From assembly GCA_046292385.1 (NCBI GenBank), contig JBKBRF010000003.1, forward strand, positions 1 to 64,000: DNA of 64,000 bases, in the 5' to 3' direction. Positions 28,005-36,504 of this stretch are shown piece after piece. The stretch's first letter is position 1. The number at the start of each line of letters is the position of its first letter. Both the position numbers and the translations under genes were made by a program. The notes under the pieces are model-generated. The model was not told the DNA's origin. It saw only the letters and a program-made list of their open reading frames with translations, and did not search any database. The stretch is from Armatimonadota bacterium. GTDB lineage: Bacteria > Armatimonadota > SYMT01.

Positions 28005-28778
28005 ATGCAGCAGCGATACGAGACGGAGCTGAGTGAAGAGGCGCGGCAGTCCGGCTACAGCCCGGAGGAATACCGCGAGATCGTGCGGCGCGCGCAGCAG
28101 ATCCGCGCGGAGAAGGAAGGCCGCCTCTCCCGGGAGCTGCTGACGGAGAGCGCGGCGGAGGTGGGCATCCGGGAGGAGGACCTCCGCGCGGCGGAGCGCC
28201 AGATCGAGCAGGAGAAGCAGCAGGAGGCGATCCGGCAGCGGGAGCGCGCCCAGCGCCGCGCGAAGATGGGGATGATCGCGGCGGTGGTCGCGGCGCTCCT
28301 CGCGCTCTTCATGATCTTCAGCTACAACTCGCTGAGCTCCAGCTACGCCGGCGTGCAGAGCGCCCGCGCCAACGTGGAGGCGATGCTGCAGCGCCGCGCC
28401 GACCTCGCGCAGCAGCTCATGCCGCTGGTCCGGCAGGGGGCGGCACAGGACGCCGAGCTCTCCCAGCAGATCAGCCAGGCGCGGGAGCAGATCCAGCAGG
28501 GCGATCTCGCCGCCGCGTCGGACGAGCTGAACGAGAGCCTGGGGCGCCTGCGCGCGCTCGCCGGCAGCAACTCGGAGGTCGGGGCCCAGATCGAAGGCTC
28601 CGAGAACCGGATCGCGGAGTACCGCCGCCGCTACAACGCCGCCGCGGCGGAGTATAACCGCAAGGCGCGCAGCTTCCCGACCAACGTGGTGCGCCCGTTC
28701 TTCGGAATGCCGTCCGAGGTGCAGCCGTTCCAGGCGCGGACCGACAACCTGGAAACCCCGCCCAGCTTCGCTCCGTAG
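28005..28778 (+). CDS. LemA family protein with N-terminal extension
   Basis: LQRRADL, QIEGSENRIAEYRRRYN..YN..FPTN. Confidence 0.85.
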   Translation: MQQRYETELSEEARQSGYSPEEYREIVRRAQQIRAEKEGRLSRELLTESAAEVGIREEDLRAAERQIEQEKQQEAIRQRERAQRRAKMGMIAAVVAALLALFMIFSYNSLSSSYAGVQSARANVEAMLQRRADLAQQLMPLVRQGAAQDAELSQQISQAREQIQQGDLAAASDELNESLGRLRALAGSNSEVGAQIEGSENRIAEYRRRYNAAAAEYNRKARSFPTNVVRPFFGMPSEVQPFQARTDNLETPPSFAP

Positions 28779-28834
28779 CCCTCACCCACTCCCACTCTCC
28801 CACTCTCCCACTCAGTCAGATCCTGGAGCCGCCC

Positions 28835-29728
28835 GTGTCTTCCGTCACCGTTCCCCGTCCCGATCCTGCCCGTCGCTTCGGCGCGCACATGCCGATTGCC
28901 GGTGGCCTGCAGAACGCCCTCACTTCCGGTAAAGAAGTGGGCTGCGACCTGGTGCAGATCTTCACGAAGACGCCGCAGCAGTGGAAGGCGAAGGAGCTGA
29001 CCGACGAGCAGGTGGAGGCGTTCCTCCGCGCGCAGGAGGAGACCGGCGTGCCGTGCGTCGCCTCGCACGACAGCTACCTGATCAACCCCTGCTCCGCCGA
29101 CCCCGAGCTGCTCCAGAAGAGCCGCCAGGCGCTGGTGGACGAGGTGGTCCGCTGCCACCGGCTGCAGGTCCCGCTCATCGTGATGCACTGCGGCATGCCG
29201 GGCGACTGCCCGGAGGACGAGGGGAACACCCGCCTCGCCGACACCGTGAAGTACATCCTGGACCAGACCGCCGATCTCTCCCCAATCCTGCTGCTGGAGA
29301 CGATGGCGGGGCAGGGCCGCTGCGTGGGGCACCGGTTCGAGCACCTGGGTCAGGTGCTGCAGCAAGCGGGCGGCGGCGACCGGCTGCAGGTCTGCGTCGA
29401 CACCTGCCACATCTTCGCCGCGGGGTACGAGCTGCGGACCGAAGAGGGCTACGCGGAGACGATGCGGCAGCTCGATGCCGCGGTGGGGCTCGACCGCGTC
29501 CGCCTGATCCACGCCAACGACTCCAAGAAGGAGCTCGGCAGCCGGGTCGACCGCCACGAGCATATCGGCGACGGCTGCATCGGCCCGGAGGCCTTCCACT
29601 ACCTGCTCACGGACGAGCGCCTCGCCACCGTTCCGGTGATCCTGGAAACGCCGAAGGTCGACAACTCCGATCCGCGCAACCTCGCCGCCCTCCGCCGGGC
29701 CGCGGGCGTACCGAGCGGGGAGAGTTAG
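28835..29728 (+). CDS. nfo: Endonuclease IV
   Basis: GAHMPIAGG, QIFTK.PQQW, HDSYLIN, LLETMAGQG, DTCHIFAAGY, HANDSK..DRHEHIG, LETP. Confidence 0.95.
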   Translation: MSSVTVPRPDPARRFGAHMPIAGGLQNALTSGKEVGCDLVQIFTKTPQQWKAKELTDEQVEAFLRAQEETGVPCVASHDSYLINPCSADPELLQKSRQALVDEVVRCHRLQVPLIVMHCGMPGDCPEDEGNTRLADTVKYILDQTADLSPILLLETMAGQGRCVGHRFEHLGQVLQQAGGGDRLQVCVDTCHIFAAGYELRTEEGYAETMRQLDAAVGLDRVRLIHANDSKKELGSRVDRHEHIGDGCIGPEAFHYLLTDERLATVPVILETPKVDNSDPRNLAALRRAAGVPSGES

Positions 29729-29869
29729 CCACGTTCGAACCCGGGCTGATCGGGGAACAACCTTCCAGCGAAGACCCTGCCCCGGTAGGGAGCTCCGGCG
29801 CTCGCCGCCCACGCGCGGCCGCCGTCTCTACCGGGGCAGGGTTTGCTGATAACTGGAAGGAGCCGGGGC

Positions 29870-30481
29870 GTGGACGAATGCGTGATCCTGGTCGATAACA
29901 CGAACCTGTTCATCGGCGGACAGAAGCTCTCCGCCAAGCGGAAGGGTGTGAACGGCAAGAATGGGAACGGGCCGCCGAAGGACCCGTCGTGGCGCCTCGA
30001 CTTCGAAGGTCTCCGCACCTGTCTCGCCAACGGGCGCGAGGTCCATGCCGCGGTGATGGTCGGCTCCGCGCCGGCCGAGTCGGACTGCGTCTGGGAAGAC
30101 GCCGCCCGGGATGCCGGCTTCGACGTAGTGGTCCACGACCGCGCGCCCGGCCGAGGCGAGAAGGCGGTCGACACCGAGCTGGTCGCCCGCGGCACGGAGA
30201 TCATCTGCTCCACGGAGCGGCCGATGGTGCTGGTGCTCGCCTCCGGCGACCGCGACTACGTGCCGCTCGCGGAGGTGGCGCACCGGCACGGCTGGTCCGT
30301 AGAGCTCTGCGCGTTCAGGGCGTCGTTCTCGGAGTTCGGCGACCTCGCGGAGACTTCGGACGTGGTGCGGGAGCTGGATGACTGCTTCGACCAGGTCGGA
30401 ATGAACGAATACCCCTGGCCGGAGAACACTGTGTCCGAGGATGAAGCACACTCGGGGCGGAGCAAAGCCAATGCAAAGTGA
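29870..30481 (+). CDS. NYN-domain (PIN-like) protein
   Basis: ILVDNTN, EKAVDTEL, LASGDRDYVP, GWSVE. Confidence 0.85.
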   Translation: MDECVILVDNTNLFIGGQKLSAKRKGVNGKNGNGPPKDPSWRLDFEGLRTCLANGREVHAAVMVGSAPAESDCVWEDAARDAGFDVVVHDRAPGRGEKAVDTELVARGTEIICSTERPMVLVLASGDRDYVPLAEVAHRHGWSVELCAFRASFSEFGDLAETSDVVRELDDCFDQVGMNEYPWPENTVSEDEAHSGRSKANAK

Positions 30482-30720
30482 CCCGGAGCGGCCGGCACGC
30501 CAGATGCAGGTCCGAAAGTCACGCCTGCACGACGAACTGCCGACCGGGAGGACCTGCAGAACACCACCCCGGAAGAGCGGATCGGGATGATGTGCGGCCT
30601 GACCCTCGATGCGTGGGCCTTCAAGGGCGAGCCGGTTGTTGAACCCAGACTTCCACGACATAGGGTCCGAGTTCTCCGCCGCCGGAGTTGACCACTCGAC
30701 CAGAGGGAATCTCTCCCGGT
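30471..30720 (+). pseudogene. Decayed small-gene plus nucleotidyltransferase-like pair
   Basis: Frameshifted peptide MQSDPERP..HDELP / DLQNTTPEERIGMM..DAWAFKGEPVVEPRLPRH, overlapped by LLNPDFHDIGSEFSAAGVD, which runs into a REP element. Confidence 0.4.
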
Positions 30721-30726
30721 CCGGCG

Positions 30727-30790
30727 TGTGGAGTGCGAATGCTTGCCCCCAGTACGGGGGCTTGCTTTCGCGCCCCGCGTCAGCGGGGCC
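30727..30790. repeat. Dispersed REP-like element, copy 2
   Basis: Matches 151-195 with a 19-bp internal insert. Confidence 0.8.
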
Positions 30791-30812
30791 CCTGTAGCAG
30801 CCCTCGAGTTCG

Positions 30813-31550
30813 CTAACGAAGCTCGAAGGGAGCGTCCCGCGGCTCATGCGGCAGCCCGTCCAGCACGCCGGCGCGCTCGGCAAGATCCCGGAGGCGCTGG
30901 GCGGCGGGCGGAAGCTGCGGCGGCAGCGGCGGGCGGCCGGAGTGATCCGCCTCGATGAGATAGAGCAGCTCCCGCAGCGTCGCCGGCGCCACGCGCTGGG
31001 CGAGCTTGCGCGCGGTGCGGACTCCCGCCTGCGGGTCCTTGAAGGCGTAGTAGGCCATGTGCTCCGCCACGAGCGGCTGCACCCGCTGGATGATCCGCTC
31101 CGAGATCCCCAGCCGCCGGAGCAAGCGCGCGGCAATCGGCACGCCGACCCGGTCGTGCCCGTAGGAGGTCCAGCGCGCGCGGCCGTCCCGGGTGCGGCGG
31201 ACGGTGGTGGAGGGCTTCCCCAGGTCGTGCGTCAGCGCGGAGAAGAGCAGCACCGCCCGCGTCTCGCTCTCCAGCCCCTCCCGTTCGGCAATCGCGGCGG
31301 CGGCATTCAAGACGTGCGCCGTGTGGAGGTGCACCGGCCCCTCCGGGTGCCACTGCGGCTCCTGCGGCACGTCGACCAGCGCCGCGAGCTCCGGGTAGCG
31401 GCGGATCTCTCCGGAGCGCTGCAGCTCCAGCAGCAGCTCCCCCGGGCGGTCGCTCTCCAGCGCCCACCGCATCCAGTCGATCTCCTCCGGGGCCTGCCGC
31501 CCCCACTTCCGCTCCATCTCGACCACGCCGCCGCTCCCTTCCGGTTCCAT
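30813..31550 (-). CDS. Stand-alone HD-domain phosphohydrolase similar to the HD domain of multifunctional CCA enzymes
   Basis: PELAALVDVPQEPQWHPEG..HT, THDLGKP, YGHD, EHM, EADHSGRP; no nucleotidyltransferase domain. Confidence 0.85.
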   Translation of the reverse strand: MEPEGSGGVVEMERKWGRQAPEEIDWMRWALESDRPGELLLELQRSGEIRRYPELAALVDVPQEPQWHPEGPVHLHTAHVLNAAAAIAEREGLESETRAVLLFSALTHDLGKPSTTVRRTRDGRARWTSYGHDRVGVPIAARLLRRLGISERIIQRVQPLVAEHMAYYAFKDPQAGVRTARKLAQRVAPATLRELLYLIEADHSGRPPLPPQLPPAAQRLRDLAERAGVLDGLPHEPRDAPFELR

Positions 31551-31626
31551 CAACCGTACTTACCCGCGAGGGAGGGGGACAAAGCCGGGGAATGGATGCG
31601 AGCCCATCCCCCGGCGTGGTGTGTGC

Positions 31627-32055
31627 CTAGTCGCCCGACCTGCAAGCCAGCGCGGCGGGCCAGTCCTCGTGGTCGGGCTCCACTTCCGGCAGCAGCCGCT
31701 CCAGCGGGAACGGCGGCTGCGACATCGCCCGCACCGCCAGCGCCATCAGCGCCAGCTCGTTGTCGTCGCCCGCCACGCGGTTGGAGTGCAGCTCTCCGCA
31801 GCTCCGGCAGCGGTGGATGATTGCCCACTCGCCGCCGGGCCGCACCCACACGGCGATCGGCTCCATGGAGCCGCGGCAGCCGGAGGCGCGGTCGCCCGGC
31901 ACGTCATCCAGGTGCCGGCTCCAGAGGCACCACGGGCAGTGGTTGCGGTGGGAAGTGCCCACGGCCTGGCCGGAGACCGGCTGGCCGCAGCGGACGCAGC
32001 GGAACCATTCCGGGGCCTGGCCCCGGCGGGTCCCGGCACGAGACTTCGTGCTCAA
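31627..32055 (-). CDS. RNHCP domain protein
   Basis: FRCVRCG..HRNHCPWCLWSRHLD..PGDRASGC..M.PIAVW..IIHRCRSC..NRVAGDDN; TTG start after AGGAG. Confidence 0.9.
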   Translation of the reverse strand: MSTKSRAGTRRGQAPEWFRCVRCGQPVSGQAVGTSHRNHCPWCLWSRHLDDVPGDRASGCRGSMEPIAVWVRPGGEWAIIHRCRSCGELHSNRVAGDDNELALMALAVRAMSQPPFPLERLLPEVEPDHEDWPAALACRSGD

Positions 32056-32238
32056 GGGAGTACTCCTGGGGGGCCCCGCGCGCGGCGGAGGCGCCCCGGT
32101 CGAAACGGTGTGGAAGCAGGTCACGCGCGCGGCCCTCCCGCCGCCCCAGCGGCAGCGGCGAGCGGTCGCGCCCGTACGAGCCGCACCCTCCAGAGTCCAC
32201 CGACGCCCGCCCCGCGGGGCGGCGGTGTCCGGAAGCGG

Positions 32239-32298
32239 TTAGCTCGCTGGCGACAGCCGGGCCGTCTTCGGCCCGTTCTTCCACACCCTGACCCTCAT
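32239..32298 (-). promoter_or_regulatory. Putative leader peptide (uORF) MRVRVWKNGPKTARLSPAS upstream of RNHCP
   Basis: GGGAG RBS 6 nt before ATG; followed by a GC-rich hairpin at 32198-32227. Confidence 0.4.
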
Positions 32299-32442
32299 CA
32301 ACTACTCCCAATCCTGTCCGGTAGCTTCTCCGGGGGCAGGCTCCCCCGGCACCTCTCTGTAGAGCGCCCAGGCGCCGGTGCTAAAGCGGCGCGGGGTGTA
32401 ACCCCCGCACTTTCTCCGGCCTCCAAAGAGGAGGAGACCACC

Positions 32443-34167
32443 GTGAGACCGCTGCTGCTCGGATTCTTTCTTTGCCTGATCGCGGCGGTCGCTGCCGCGC
32501 CGGCCCCGGCCGGTCCGTTCGGGGGCGATGCGCGGCTGGAGACGCCGTTGCGGGTCCAGGCAGAGGGGATCGCCGTGGCGGACCTCCTCGCGCGGATCTC
32601 CGCGGAGACCGGCGTGCGTCTCTCCGCCGAGACGGAAGCGGGCGACGACCGGCTGGTCGCCTTCGGGCCGGCGCGACCGCTGCGGGAGGTGCTGGCGGAT
32701 ATCGCCACGCTCTTCGGGCACCGGTGGCGGCGTCGGGAGCTGCGGAGCGGCACGCGGGCCTACGTGCTGGAGAAGCCGGCCGCCGTCCGCAAGCGGGAAG
32801 AGGAGCTTGCCTTCGGGCCGCTCCGCCGGATGCAGGGGCAGATGGAGGCCCAGGTACGCGCCCTCCGGGAGTCGCCGCGGCGCTTGGCGCTTCGCCCGGA
32901 AACCGACCCGATCCGCCGGCACCTCTCGGAGCCGAAGGCGCGCCTCGCCACCGAGCTCTATGCGCTCCTCCCGCCGGAGCAGCGCGCGGCGCTCTTCGAC
33001 CGCGGCCGCTATCACCTCTTCTTCGGACTGCTTCCGCCGGCGTACCAGGCTACAGTCAAATCGGTCCAGCAGGAGGCCTACCGGCAGGCGGACGCCGGCG
33101 TAGAGTCGATTCGCAGCATCCGCGCCGCCGTGCGGAGACCGCCGGAGACGCCCAGCCTCGACTTCACGTTCCAGTACGGCAGCAGCGGAGGGCGCCGGAT
33201 GTACGACCGCGGCTCCCTGCGGCTCTATCCCGGCGGTATCCAGTTCGCCGAGCTCCGCACGCAGCTCGAGATGCCGGCGCTCCGCGGCAATCCTTACCCC
33301 GGACGACCGCTCGCGACCGATGCGAAGCTGCCGGAGCTGCCCCCGGCGCCGCCCGGCGCACAGCCGGACTGGCGGGAACGGCTGCGGTCGCTTTCGGAGC
33401 AGTCCGGCCGTACGGTGCTGGCGGACTATTACCGTCTGCGGTTTCGGGAGGTGCAGGCGGGCGAGCAGGTGGAGGGGAGTGGTTCCGCGGAAGCGCTCGA
33501 CCAGCTCTGCCTGGCGGACGGCTCGCTGTGGTGGACGGAAGGCGAGACCCTCTTCTTCCGCAAGCGAGATTGGTACCTGCGGCGGCTCTACGAGGTGCCG
33601 GACCGGTGGCTCGTCCCGTGGGTGCGCCGGGTTCAGGAGCAGGGCGGTCGCCCACGGTTCGGCGATCTCCACCGCCTGGCAGAGCTGACGTTCCGGCAGC
33701 AGCAGGGCTTCTCCGCCCTCGGGACCCGGCTGGTCGCGCTCCCCGGCGCGATGGGCTCTTCCCACGAGAACCTGGCCGGAGTCCCGGAGCTGCTGAGCCT
33801 GCTGCGGTCCGGTCCGGCGGCGGGTGCGGAGCGGCCGCTCCTCCTCTACGACGACCTGTCGGACGAGGCCTGGCCAGCGGCAGACGAGGCGATGACCCTC
33901 CGGTTCCCCCAGATGACGCCGGTTCAGCAGCGCCACGTCCCCTTCTTTCTCGCGCTGCAGGAGCGGGAAGTGGAGGCGCTCCCGCTAGAAACCTTCCAGG
34001 TACGCATCCGTCTGATGCGCCTCGCCCCCGGCAAGCGGGAGCTCCCCATGCTCCGCGCCGATATCGAGTGGATGATGAAGGGCCACCAGGGCGATTTCGA
34101 GCTCTACCTCCCCCTCGCCGTCCCGGACGACCGCCGCGCGGCGACCAGCGTGCAGCGGGTCGAGTAG
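32443..34167 (+). CDS. Secreted hypothetical protein with N-terminal STN/secretin-N-like domain
   Basis: GAGGAG RBS plus GTG, signal peptide, VADLLARISAETGVRL..PLREVLADIA. Confidence 0.7.
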   Translation: MRPLLLGFFLCLIAAVAAAPAPAGPFGGDARLETPLRVQAEGIAVADLLARISAETGVRLSAETEAGDDRLVAFGPARPLREVLADIATLFGHRWRRRELRSGTRAYVLEKPAAVRKREEELAFGPLRRMQGQMEAQVRALRESPRRLALRPETDPIRRHLSEPKARLATELYALLPPEQRAALFDRGRYHLFFGLLPPAYQATVKSVQQEAYRQADAGVESIRSIRAAVRRPPETPSLDFTFQYGSSGGRRMYDRGSLRLYPGGIQFAELRTQLEMPALRGNPYPGRPLATDAKLPELPPAPPGAQPDWRERLRSLSEQSGRTVLADYYRLRFREVQAGEQVEGSGSAEALDQLCLADGSLWWTEGETLFFRKRDWYLRRLYEVPDRWLVPWVRRVQEQGGRPRFGDLHRLAELTFRQQQGFSALGTRLVALPGAMGSSHENLAGVPELLSLLRSGPAAGAERPLLLYDDLSDEAWPAADEAMTLRFPQMTPVQQRHVPFFLALQEREVEALPLETFQVRIRLMRLAPGKRELPMLRADIEWMMKGHQGDFELYLPLAVPDDRRAATSVQRVE

Positions 34168-34271
34168 AGCCTGTGCCGTAATCCTGACGTACCGCCATAA
34201 TGGACGGCGGGCCGGAAGGGAAGGGCTCGCTCGCATGGGAGACGAGCCTCCCGGCGCCAGGGAGGTTTGCG

Positions 34272-35054
34272 GTGCGGATTTTTGTGGCAGGGCTGCTCGC
34301 GCTGGGGGTGGTCGGGACGGCGGCCGGGGTCACGAGCGCCAACGGGGTGACGGCCGAGGCCCGGCGGGAGAGCCGGCGCGACGACGCGATCTTCCAGACC
34401 TCCACGATCGGGGCGCTCACGGCCGCGGTGCTGGACGGCCACATGACGGTCGCCAAGCTCCAGAAGCACGGAAACTTCGGCGTGGGGACGTTCCACGCGC
34501 TGGACGGGGAGATGGTGGTGGTAGACGGCAGCGCCTACCAGGTGCGGGTAGACGGCAGCGTCCGCCGCGTGCCGGGCTCGACCACCACCCCATTCGCCAT
34601 GGTGAAGTGGTTCCGGCCCGAGCGGAGCGTGAGGATCCAGGGAACGGAGAGCCTGGACGCGCTGGGGCAGCTTCTCGACGGCCTGATCGCCTCCCCGAAC
34701 GTCTCCACGGCGATCCGGATCGAAGGGCGCTTCAACCGCATCCTCACCCGCAGCGTGCCGGCGCAGTCGAAGCCGTATGCCGGCCTCGCCGAAGCGGTGC
34801 GGCAGCAGCGGACCTTCGAGCTCCTCGGCGTAGAAGGGGTGATGGTCGGCTTCCGCACGCCGGAGTACCTGGCGCCGCTCAACAACGGCGGCTACCACTT
34901 CCACTTCCTCACAGCCGACCGCAAGGCCGGCGGCCACGTGCTGGCCGTCGACATCTCCCAGGCCCGGGCGCAGCTCGACAACTCCCTCGGCTTCCGTCTC
35001 GCCCTGCCCGGGTCGCAAGAGTTCGCGGAGGCGGTGCTCCCCGGTCAGAACTGA
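34272..35054 (+). CDS. Alpha-acetolactate decarboxylase with signal-like N-terminus
   Basis: FQTSTIGAL, HGNFGVGTF..LDGEM, RSVP.Q.KPY, GYHFHF, GGHVL. Confidence 0.9.
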   Translation: MRIFVAGLLALGVVGTAAGVTSANGVTAEARRESRRDDAIFQTSTIGALTAAVLDGHMTVAKLQKHGNFGVGTFHALDGEMVVVDGSAYQVRVDGSVRRVPGSTTTPFAMVKWFRPERSVRIQGTESLDALGQLLDGLIASPNVSTAIRIEGRFNRILTRSVPAQSKPYAGLAEAVRQQRTFELLGVEGVMVGFRTPEYLAPLNNGGYHFHFLTADRKAGGHVLAVDISQARAQLDNSLGFRLALPGSQEFAEAVLPGQN

Positions 35055-35074
35055 GTGGGAGCAAGGGGGAGCTA

Positions 35075-35330
35075 GAGGGATGAATCCGAACCCTCCGTGA
35101 ACGGGGAGTCTTGCTCCTGCTCCTGCTCCTGCTCGCTGGCGACCTCCGGGGCTCCGGCATGTCCTGGTGAGGTCCGAACGGTTCCGCCGCCCCTCCAGGG
35201 CGGGTGATTGGGACGGCGGAGGTCCGGGGGCTGCGCTGCGCTGACCCCCGGCTATCCTCTCCCGCCCCTCCGGGGCGCCAGCCCCGCCGCGCCCTGTCTC
35301 TCCGTCCCTCTGTCTCTCCGTCTCAGCGGG
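35075..35330. repeat. REP mosaic, inverted relative of 13525-14005
   Basis: ATGAATCCGAACCCTCCGTG, CTGCGCTGCGCTGACCCCCGGCTATCCTCT. Confidence 0.85.
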
Positions 35331-35392
35331 GGCTCGCCCACTCCAACCCCGTTAACCGGTCGGAGATCGTCGAATGGCTGGCGCGCTGACGG

Positions 35393-35773
35393 TCAGGAGT
35401 CGGAGGGGGCGGCTCCGCAAAGGAGGTCGGCGAACAGCTCTGCCTGGCGCTCGTCTTCGTCGCGTAAGAAGTCGGGATAGCCGTAGACTACCCCGTGGCG
35501 CTCGTTGTCGTAGATGAGGGCGTGATACAGCTCGTGCGCCAGCACTCGGGCGTCTACGCCCAGCCGCAGCAGGATCAACGGCCAGGGCCAGGGCGCATAG
35601 TAGCCGGGTCGCTGGAGGCGCGGGTGGACGAACACAGTGGTGCCGCGGGCGTGACAGACCTCCAGCAGCTCTCCGTAGGTGGCGCGCGGAGAGAGACCGT
35701 ACTCCGCCCGGATCCGCTCCGCCAGGTAAAAGGCCGGCTCCAGCGGGCCGCGATGATGCGTCAGGGTGTTCAT
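35393..35773 (-). CDS. ImmA/IrrE-family zinc metallopeptidase
   Basis: LAHELYH (HExxH) and EDERQAELFADLL (E-x-x-A-x-x-F-A). Confidence 0.8.
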   Translation of the reverse strand: MNTLTHHRGPLEPAFYLAERIRAEYGLSPRATYGELLEVCHARGTTVFVHPRLQRPGYYAPWPWPLILLRLGVDARVLAHELYHALIYDNERHGVVYGYPDFLRDEDERQAELFADLLCGAAPSDS

Positions 35774-35819
35774 ACTCCCATCACTCCGACCGGCACGTTC
35801 CCCGGTATACCGCCCGGAT

Positions 35820-35840
35820 TAGAACATATGTTTGATTATA
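35820..35840 (-). promoter_or_regulatory. LexA-type box next to a TATAAT -10 element, upstream of the peptidase gene
   Basis: TAGAAC-ATAT-GTTTG at 35820-35834; minus-strand TATAAT at 35835-35840. Confidence 0.6.
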
Positions 35841-35885
35841 CTGGCACCTCGCCAGCCGGGGGAGTGCGACGGGTGTCAATGCGGG

Positions 35886-36314
35886 TCAGCCGAGCCCGCG
35901 CTCACGCCGCTTGGCGGCGATGAGCGCCCGCATCGCCTCTTTGAGCGCCCGCAGGTCCTCTTCTCCCAGGTCCTGCGTGCCCTGGAACCCGCGGACGTCG
36001 ACCTGCTCCAGGTCCGGCTCGTAGCTCAGCGCCTCCCGGCGGCGCTCTACCGCCCGCAGCAGGCTCTCCGCCGCCCCGGCGGGGTCCTCCGGCTCGATCC
36101 GGGGGTAGCCCCACGCCTCGCGCCAGTCGTTCACGTCGAGCCCCAGCCCCCGGGCAAACCGCTCCACCGTCTCCACGCCGACGTCACGCCCGTGCCAGAG
36201 CCGCGCCATCGCCTCCCGGCTGAGGTCGAGGCGCAGGTGGGCGGCGTGCTGGGTGAGGCCGCGGGCCTCCAGCTCGGCGCGGACCCGATCGGCGCGTTCT
36301 TGTTGCGGTGCCAT
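35886..36314 (-). CDS. XRE-like HTH repressor (ImmR/CI-like)
   Basis: EARGLTQHAAHLRLDLSREAMARLWHG..ETVERFARGLGL; lies upstream of the ImmA-like gene. Confidence 0.65.
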   Translation of the reverse strand: MAPQQERADRVRAELEARGLTQHAAHLRLDLSREAMARLWHGRDVGVETVERFARGLGLDVNDWREAWGYPRIEPEDPAGAAESLLRAVERRREALSYEPDLEQVDVRGFQGTQDLGEEDLRALKEAMRALIAAKRRERGLG

Positions 36315-36370
36315 CAACAACAGTGTAGCCGACGGCTGCCGCGCCGCGTCTCCCGCGGAAGAGAAAAGTT

Positions 36371-36414
36371 GTTGCTGTCTCGGCAGCAACGTGTTACTAT
36401 AGAACAGTAGTTTG
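36371..36414 (+). promoter_or_regulatory. Divergent promoter with palindromic operator and LexA-type box
   Basis: TTGCTG-N17-TACTAT (36372-36400); palindrome GTTGCTG-N6-CAGCAAC (36371-36390); TAGAAC-AGTA-GTTTG (36400-36414). Confidence 0.65.
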
Positions 36415-36459
36415 CTAGTTCTCCAGCCGGGGCGGCGCTCCGGGGAGAGGAGGTTGGAC

Positions 36460-36504
36460 ATGAAGCAAGCGGAATGGAGCACGAGTAGCTGGAGGTGGAG
36501 ATGA
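36460..36504 (+). CDS. Putative 14-aa uORF MKQAEWSTSSWRWR
   Basis: AGGAGG RBS; stop overlaps the next start (ATGATG). Confidence 0.35.
   Translation: MKQAEWSTSSWRWR

Noticed and set aside
32230..32315. yybP-ykoY riboswitch suggested by GGGAGTAG
   Set aside because: The other conserved elements are not evident and the downstream gene is not a transporter; an RBS for a uORF explains it better
35835..35879. Consensus TTGACA/TATAAT promoter on the minus strand
   Set aside because: The hexamers are 33 bp apart, so only the -10 element was kept
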